Assembly: GCA_977017575.1 (NCBI GenBank)
Contig: CDRNVI010000167.1
Coordinates: 96,963 to 160,962 of the forward strand
Direction of reading: 5' to 3'
From: Paramoeba atlantica
Lineage: Eukaryota; Protista; Discosea
DNA length: 64,000 nucleotides
Numbering within the stretch: position 1 is the first letter of the stretch; every line of letters starts with the position of its first letter. The position numbers were made by a program, and so were the translations under genes. This document shows, piece by piece, positions 56,801 to 64,000 of this stretch. The notes beneath the pieces were generated by a model. The model was not told the origin of the DNA and ran no database searches. It saw nothing but the letters and a program-made list of their open reading frames with translations.

Positions 56801-59257
56801 AAACATTCTATATTCATGTGGACACATCAAAAAATGGTTATGATTCAATACTGACACAACACCCTGATGATCCTCTTGATAAACCAGCACCAAAAAGGTC
56901 AGGAATACCAAAAAAGCACAAAATAGTCGCTTTCACAAGTCTGGCTTTGCCAAAACACAATAAAAATATACAAATTCTGAACAAGAATGTTATGAGGCTT
57001 ACTGGGCAATTAACAAGTTTAAGGAATTCATTATGGGAAGAGATGTGGTGATTTTTAGTGAGCACCAGAGTCAACAGTCAAACTGTGCAACTCCACAGTA
57101 AGCAAACAAGAAGCAAACTTATCTGTGGGTGGCTGCTGGAAATAGCAGCAGTTGCAAGTCAAATTCTACACCAACCTGGGAAAACACTGGTTATTCCTGA
57201 TACACTCAGTTGAGCACATCATGTATCCTATCAAGAGGAAGATGCTCAAACTCCAATTAAGAAGTCCTGGAGAGACTGGGAGTTAAAAATGTGGAAAACA
57301 AAACAACATTTTAACAAACAAAAAATGGCAATATTGAAGCTCTGTTCTCTCTCAAAAACCTGTCATAGGGTAGATGAGTCCACCAGAGATGGAAAGGAGT
57401 TATTGGCTAAAATGGGTCAGTGCACAGAAAGCATGGGTCAGCTTGGTGGCCAATCTGCTCAAGGAAGGAGCAGGGGACTCTCTCAAGGATGACTATCTGG
57501 GATAGCTGTTGGGTCAGCTTCATGTAAGACACTGGGCAGTGTGATGGGTTAGCTTCAGACAATTCCCAGCAAGACTGAGTGTAATGACATTTCTGACTCT
57601 GGAAGTGAGGATGAATTTAGGTCAAGTACACAACCAGGTGAACCTACCAGAGTTCATACAGTGCCTGAAATACAACCTCTTATAAATAAGGAGCCAGAAG
57701 GAGCAAAACTGTCAGATACTGGTGCTGGCCACACTGGATCTGAGAATCAGAATGATTCAGAAAAACAATGGATCATAAAGGACCAAGAACAATACTGGAG
57801 CAATATGAAGGATCAATTTTGTCAAAGAATGAGAAATTTGATCTTAATTAGAGAATACCTGAGTTTTGTAAAGACATTCAGAAATTATTGGAAACAAGGT
57901 GACATTATTGTCTCAATAATACATATACCCATATCTTATCAATTGTGGATGCCTTCACAGGGTACTTTTCATTATTTCCACTGAAAGCTGTCATCACAAA
58001 AGAGATGGCACAATGCCTCTTGAAATATGTTACAATCCATTCAATGCCACCGGAAATAGTGACTGATGGAGGGGCCCAGAAAGAACTCTTTGTGGAATTG
58101 ACACAAATCTGAGGAACACACCATGCAAAGGTCTCCCTCTATAACCACAAAGGAAATGGCAAAGTGGGAACAATTCATTCACCTGTTAAAAACATGATGA
58201 GGGCTTTATGTCCAGAAATATCAAAGGGACTGTGGGATTTGCTCCTTCCAATTGGTGGAATTTGCTTACAATACCCAAGTTCATTTTGTAACAAAACAAA
58301 AACCTTTCATGTTACAATTTGGTCGAATACCAACATATCCAATCAATGTTACACTGGGAACATCAAACCCAAAATTGGTTACTTCAGATGAATATGTGGC
58401 TAATGTGAGGGATAAGATGTTAGAAATCTTTCAACTGGTAAATGAAAAATGAAGAGATTCCAAGGAACAAAGAGTTGATGACTATAATGCTCATCAAAGA
58501 ACTCAAATTCTATCGGTTGGAGACTGAGTCCTTCTTCTAAATCATGAAAAAAGGAAGAAATTTAACCAAAAATTCAATCCAAGGACACAAGGTGATGTCC
58601 ATATGATAACTGAGGTTGTTTCAGCTCAAATATATTGATTAAGGAATCTCAAAACAAGATGGATTCTTCCACAACCTGTTCATGGAAGTGAATTAATATG
58701 AAAGGGTTGAAATTGAAAAGGAACAAAACCTGATAAAGGAGAAAGAACTCCCACCAGGAGATGGATGAAGAAGTCTGAGATATAGAATTATCTCAGAAAG
58801 AGAATTTGATGGTTATCAACAATATTGTATGGAAATCCAACCACCTACTGGAAGAAAATGACATAAGTGGTGGGAGAAAGAACACCTGGGAGGTACAAAA
58901 GAGTTGAAAGATTACCTCAAGGCAAAGAAGCCTCAAAAAGGTTATTGGTGGGCAGACTGATCAATAATGGGTGGATTTTCCCTGTAAGAACTTTGAATTT
59001 TGTTCAGAACTGACAAAGCTGCGCTCAAAACTCTGCTTGCAAGGGGGGGTGTAAATAATTAAATATCCAAATATGAAATATTATAAATATATATAACACC
59101 TTTATTTGAATCCTTGTTAAATTCAGTTCAACTGATTGCAGTTCATTGTTGTCAACATCCTGTCACTGTGTTTTCTCCTCTCTACTCTCTCACTTGTTGA
59201 TTTCCCAGTTTCTCAACTGTACTTCTTTGAAACCTCAGAAATAAAACAAAATCTACA
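53847..59257 (+). mobile_element. Decayed Ty3/Gypsy element family C with about 208-bp LTRs
   Basis: LTRs 53847-54051 (first about 12 nt lost) and 59050-59257 (TGTA...TACA); TGGTAATGC PBS-like site at 54053; PPT AAGGGGGGG at 59041-59049; INYVDDIVIFSK, YIHVDTSKNG and integrase remnants. Confidence 0.87.
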
Positions 59258-59989
59258 AAGGATTGCTTCATCCAAGAAAGCTTCACAACAAAAAAAAAAC
59301 AAGATGTCACATAAAAACAAAAAGGAAAAAGGAAATGGAAATGGATATAAAAATAAAAAATAATATCGACAAGAGAGTGAGCCAGGCTGAGAAAAAAATA
59401 ATCATAACAACAATAAATAACAACAATAATAAAATAACAAAATAACAACAACAATATTCCAAACAAAGTACACTATTGGAGAGAATCAAACAAAACAACA
59501 ACAGCAACATTCACACAGACTCTTTGCCAACAAACACTTTCAGGGTGAAATCATTCCAAACAGTTTTAAATAATATATGTGACACAACCAAAAAACCTAG
59601 AATAAAGAAAGAAACAACAATCCATAAAAATAACCCAAACAGTAATTCTCTCTCAAAGATAAGTTGAGGATCCAAACTTTTAAACAACTCTCCCAACAAC
59701 ATCTCAACCAACCAACAAAAGAAAACCAAATAATAATAAAAGCAAACATAACAAAAAAAACCTTTTTTGAAGAAAAAAAAGAATAGATCACACAAGTTCC
59801 AACAAACACAAGCAAGAAAAAACAGTCCAAAAAACTCACATCAGTAATTATTCAATCCCTCACCTCACTCTTGTTCCCTTTTGGAGGGGGATATCTTTTT
59901 TTTTGAATTTCATTCAAGAAAACAAAAAAAACCTAACTCTCAGATTCTCCATCAACCCTCTGGCTCTCTGGTAACAAAAAAGAGAAGTA

Positions 59990-60360
59990 ACCCACCAAAG
60001 AAAAGAAGAAATAAGAAAAAGAAAGCACAAAAAAACAGGAAAAGGAAAAAGAAAAAAAGAAAAAAAGAAAGAAAACAAAAAAAGAAAGAAAAAAAAAGAA
60101 AGAAAAAAAAGAAAGAAAAAGAAAGAAAAAAAAGAAAGAAAAAGAAACCACAACTTGAAGCAACATATTTAACCCAATCATGATCACAGTGACCTATGAA
60201 AGAAGAGAAAAAAAGAGAAAAGGAAAAAGAGAAAGGAAAAGAAACAAAAAGAAAGAAAAAAAAGGGAAGAAAAAAAAGGGAGAAAAGAAGGGAGAAAAAA
60301 AGAGAAGTAAGGAGAAAAGAAAAGAGATGATGGCAAGAACAAAAACAGAAAACTAGAGTG
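59990..60360. repeat. A/G-rich low-complexity tract
   Basis: Runs of A punctuated by G. Confidence 0.85.
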
Positions 60361-62104
60361 GGGAAGGTGCAACACTCTTTTTTTAGCCACAAAAAAAAGA
60401 TTTTGGGGTTTCACAATTTTTTTTATCCTTTGTTTTTTTTGTTTTTTTTGTTTCCTTTCAATCCTTTTTGCATCTCCCAAGTCTTGGTCATGTTTCACAA
60501 AGACACTATCACACTCATCATCAAGACAAAAAAAAACACTCAAACAGAAGGGATTGAAGAAAATTGGAACAAAAAGATGAAGAAAAATGAAAAAATTCAA
60601 TATGTGGGAATTGAACCCGTCAGGTGAATAGATGGTTCTTGCCCTTCTCCTTACTCTCCTAGGTTCAAAAAAGAAGTCTTTCAATCCTCCTCCAAAGAAG
60701 AGAAGACAAAAATAGAAGACATTATTTGAAAAATAACAAACCAAAGTCACCAGGGTTACCAAAATGAACCTAGGATTTTCATACTCTCTGGGTGCTAATT
60801 TGAAAATTCATACCCAAAGAGTATAAGTTTTCTTCCTTGAGGTCATTTGAGCATTGCTTGGATCACCACTGATAGGAAAAGAACCAAAATAACACTTCTT
60901 CATCCATTCAAGAATGAAAGTTCTTTTTATGGTTATCCAATAAGTTGATTGTTTCAACAAAAAAAAAGAGTTCTCTGGTCAAAAAAAATGAGAAAAAGGA
61001 GGCAAAAAGAAAAGATCAGAAGAGTAAGATAAAGGAAATAGGGGAAATAAAATGGAAACAAACAAAAAAAATCTAATGATAAAGAAAAAAGAAAAAAGAA
61101 CCCTAGTAAGCTGATAGTCTCACAGCTTAACCATCTGAGTCAGGTTCCATTTCTCTTGAAGCTCTTCTTTCTCAGAAGACAAAGGAATGCCAAATCAAAG
61201 GTTCCCAACATTGAACTGGGGTGAGTCATAAAATAATTGAAGAAATAATTGAAATTCTCAAGGGTCCACCAGGTTTAATCCTCTTATAACATCAAAGAGA
61301 AAAGGGTTGTTTGAACAAATCAAAAGAACTTTTTAACTTGTTTATAACACTCTTTACAATCTTTTCAATTTGTTTTGCCTTTCTTGATCTTGAATGTTAA
61401 TCACAAATAAATTATTAAAAGCCAAGTACAAAGTGGAAATATTATACAAAGAGGAAAGCAATTATCCCTTTTAAAAGAAAAGAAAAGAAAAAAAGTTAGT
61501 TTTTTTGATTAAAAAAAACAAAAAACAAAAAAAAACATCATCATCACAACAAAACACCAAAACCCCTCCCTCCACCACAGGTATTCAACAAAACCAAATA
61601 ACCATAACCCAAATATCCACCCAAGAAACAACCACCTATAAACAACTGCCAACAAATAACAAATAACAAACAACAAAACAACAAACAACAATTCCCCCCC
61701 CACAAACAATGCACAATACTCCAGGAACAACAAAACACAAAATAAAGAAGCTCCCTTCATTCAAAAGGAAAGTCAATGAATTTTAAAAAAAACAAAGGGG
61801 AAAGAAAGGAGGGAAGGAAGGAAGAGGAAAAAGAGAAAGGAGGAAAAGAGGGGGGAAAACAAAAGAGATAAAAAAGAAAAAGGGAAAGTAAAAAAGGGAG
61901 AAAAAGGAGAAAGATAAGAAAGAAACAAGAGGAAGAGAAGGAAAAACCTCTGATTGAAAGCAGATCAAGCAAGGGAAAAAAGAACCTTGGATGTGTGGTC
62001 TCAAGTCTCTCAGCAAGAATTGTATCATAAGAAGAAAAAGAGTTGTTTGAACAAATCAAAAAAACTTTTAATTTGTTCATAAAACTCAAAAATTGTCACC
62101 TAAC

Positions 62105-62365
62105 TAACAGAAAAAGAAAAAAAAAAAAGAAAATGAAAAGAAAGAAAAAGAAAAGAGAAAAAAAAAGAAAAAAGAAAGAGGAAAAGGAGAAAAAAGAAAG
62201 AAAAAGAAAAAGAGAAAAAGAAAAGAGGGAGAAAAAAAAGGAGAAAAAAAAGGAGAAAAAAAAAGAAAAAAGAAAAAAGAAAAGAAAAAGAAAAAGAAAA
62301 AAAAGAAAAAGAGAAAGAGAAAAAGAAAAGAAGAAAAAGAAAAAAAGAAAAAGAACCAACAAAAA
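62105..62365. repeat. A/G-rich low-complexity tract
   Basis: (AAAAAG)n-like sequence. Confidence 0.85.
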
Positions 62366-63491
62366 GATAGAGACTTTTGTGGTGTGTGCAGGGGAGGGGG
62401 GGAGGTTGTGTGTTACTCTCAAGAACATCAATATGATCTGCCAGTTTCTCATCACACTCTTCCTGAGCATTTCAATCTTCTTCTCTCTCTTCTTCTGTTG
62501 TTCCTTTGAGGCTTTTCTTGGAGTTCTCAGAAACTGAATCAACATCATCAGTATTCTTCTCATCACCCACTTTCTCTTCATCATCATTCACTCGATTTTC
62601 GATCTCCTGATGACTCTTCACTGCTGTCACCATCTTGTTTGCTCTTTTTTGGGAGGAGAAATAAAGCATCTTCTCCAAGTCTTGGTCACGTTTCACAAAG
62701 ACAACACATCACACTCATCATTGAGATAGAACACTTGAGAACTACAGTTGAAAGTTCCATACACATCCTGGATGTTCCTTCAGAGGCTTTGAAAATCTTT
62801 GAGCTTGAACAGAACAATCCCACAAACAAACAAAAAACAAAATCACCAAAAAGACACCACCACAAAAAACAAAACTTAGACTGGAAAAAAAGGAGGGTGG
62901 TTTTGGGGAGGGGTGGTTCAATTCTCACAAAATTTTCCTTTTTTTTTTTGACTTTTTTTTTGTTCAGTGAAAGCATTGATTGGGGTTTGGTTTGGGCGGG
63001 TTTGGTTTGGGCGGGTTTGGTTTTTTTTTCGAAGTGAGGGGTTGGTTGTGGAGAGTTGTCTTCGAAAAATGAGAAACACTCAATGCAAGATGAATCTCCT
63101 TTCTGTGTCTCAAATGTGTAAAACTTGGGATGTGCATCCTGTTGTTCTGGATTCTGAGCAAATTCGTGTGTGATGAAAAAGAAGAGGATCAAGTTGAGTG
63201 ATTCTCAGACAGCAATTTTGAGCGGTCCTCAATGCAATTGGATTATTATTATTTGGCTTTGCCCCAACGCACCAATAGACACTTCACTGAACTGAGCCAA
63301 CTTTTTCCAAAAAACACAGGTTTCTTCGTCCCCCTCCTTGACTTGACCCAACACACACACACAAAAAAAAACTCAAAACAAAAACTCAAAACACAAAAAA
63401 CAAAAACCAATCAAAAACAATCAAAAACAACCAAACCAAAACAAAACAAAGTAATCCCTTCTTGTGTGATTGATCAATAAATACAACTACT

Positions 63492-63950
63492 ATGGCTTCT
63501 GTGGTTCAATTTTCTGATGAATGTATCCTCTCTATTGCTCAGTCTGTCAAATTTGGGAAGTCAAAAGGGGTGTATCTTCTTGATCAACAACATGGAAAAT
63601 GTCGAACTGAATTATCATGATTTATCAAAAAGTGGGGATGTGGTGGATGGACGAACAGAAAATGGACTGAATTCACAACTCATCTCCCAAGAGACAAATG
63701 TGCATATGGATTGACTCACATCAAAAATATATCTCTCCTTCTGATCACACGTGAAAGGAGTAAATTAGTATTTGTGATGTGGGCACCATACAAGAGCTAA
63801 AATCAAAAGAAAAGATGGTTGTTTCTTTTACTGCAAATGGAATTGTTGGAAAGATTGGAGAAGGTGGAATTTCTTGTTAACTTCAGGGTGGTTCAGTTGC
63901 ATCTGTTGATTATGATGAAAGTTTTGGAACATGCATTGGCACAATCTACA
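63492..63950 (+). pseudogene. Probable ADF/cofilin-family (ADF-H domain) pseudogene
   Basis: MASVVQFSDEC...; FTTHLPRDKCAYG; ERSKLVFVMWAP; (shifted) AKIKRKMVVS resemble cofilin motifs. At least three frameshifts are needed, plus an in-frame stop. Confidence 0.6.
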
Positions 63951-64000
63951 ATGAAGTGAGAAAAAAGAAAGAGGAAATAACCCCTAATAAAAATTTAGTT

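Noticed and set aside
60600-60620. Isolated B-box-like GGTTCAATTCC on the minus strand
   Set aside because: No A box at a suitable distance and no cloverleaf.
59881-62587. Poly-Lys/Arg and poly-Phe ORFs (59881-60183, 62043-62537, 62096-62587)
   Set aside because: They are translations of A/G-rich simple sequence with no start context or domain signal.

Overview
A eukaryotic, AT-rich, CpG-depleted transposon graveyard. I found no intact host gene; the only host-like remnant is a probable ADF/cofilin pseudogene at the right edge. Nesting was reconstructed from target-site duplications (TSDs). An old LINE (family B, minus strand) was split by a chromodomain Ty3/Gypsy element (family A, about 1882-27146, 5' LTR lost). 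That element then received three solo LTRs of its own family, a complete 5.3-kb non-autonomous copy of its own family, and a full-length APE-RT-RNaseH LINE (family A). The non-autonomous copy keeps an open Gag-N::chromodomain fusion ORF. Further right are four copies of a tRNA-derived SINE that shares sequence with a LINE 3' end, and an intact piggyBac-type transposon with an ATAT TSD. Beyond these are a young chromoviral Gypsy (family B) carrying a polyadenylated LINE 3' fragment, a decayed IS5/Harbinger-like transposon, a 576-bp trimeric higher-order satellite followed by a drifting 8-bp array, and a third decayed Gypsy (family C). Almost all differences between copies are C>T/G>A transitions, strongest at CpG but also elsewhere, which gives a relative clock. 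All alignments and translations were done by eye with no database search. TSD-defined junctions should be exact; boundaries of decayed fragments are approximate; family names A/B/C are my labels.
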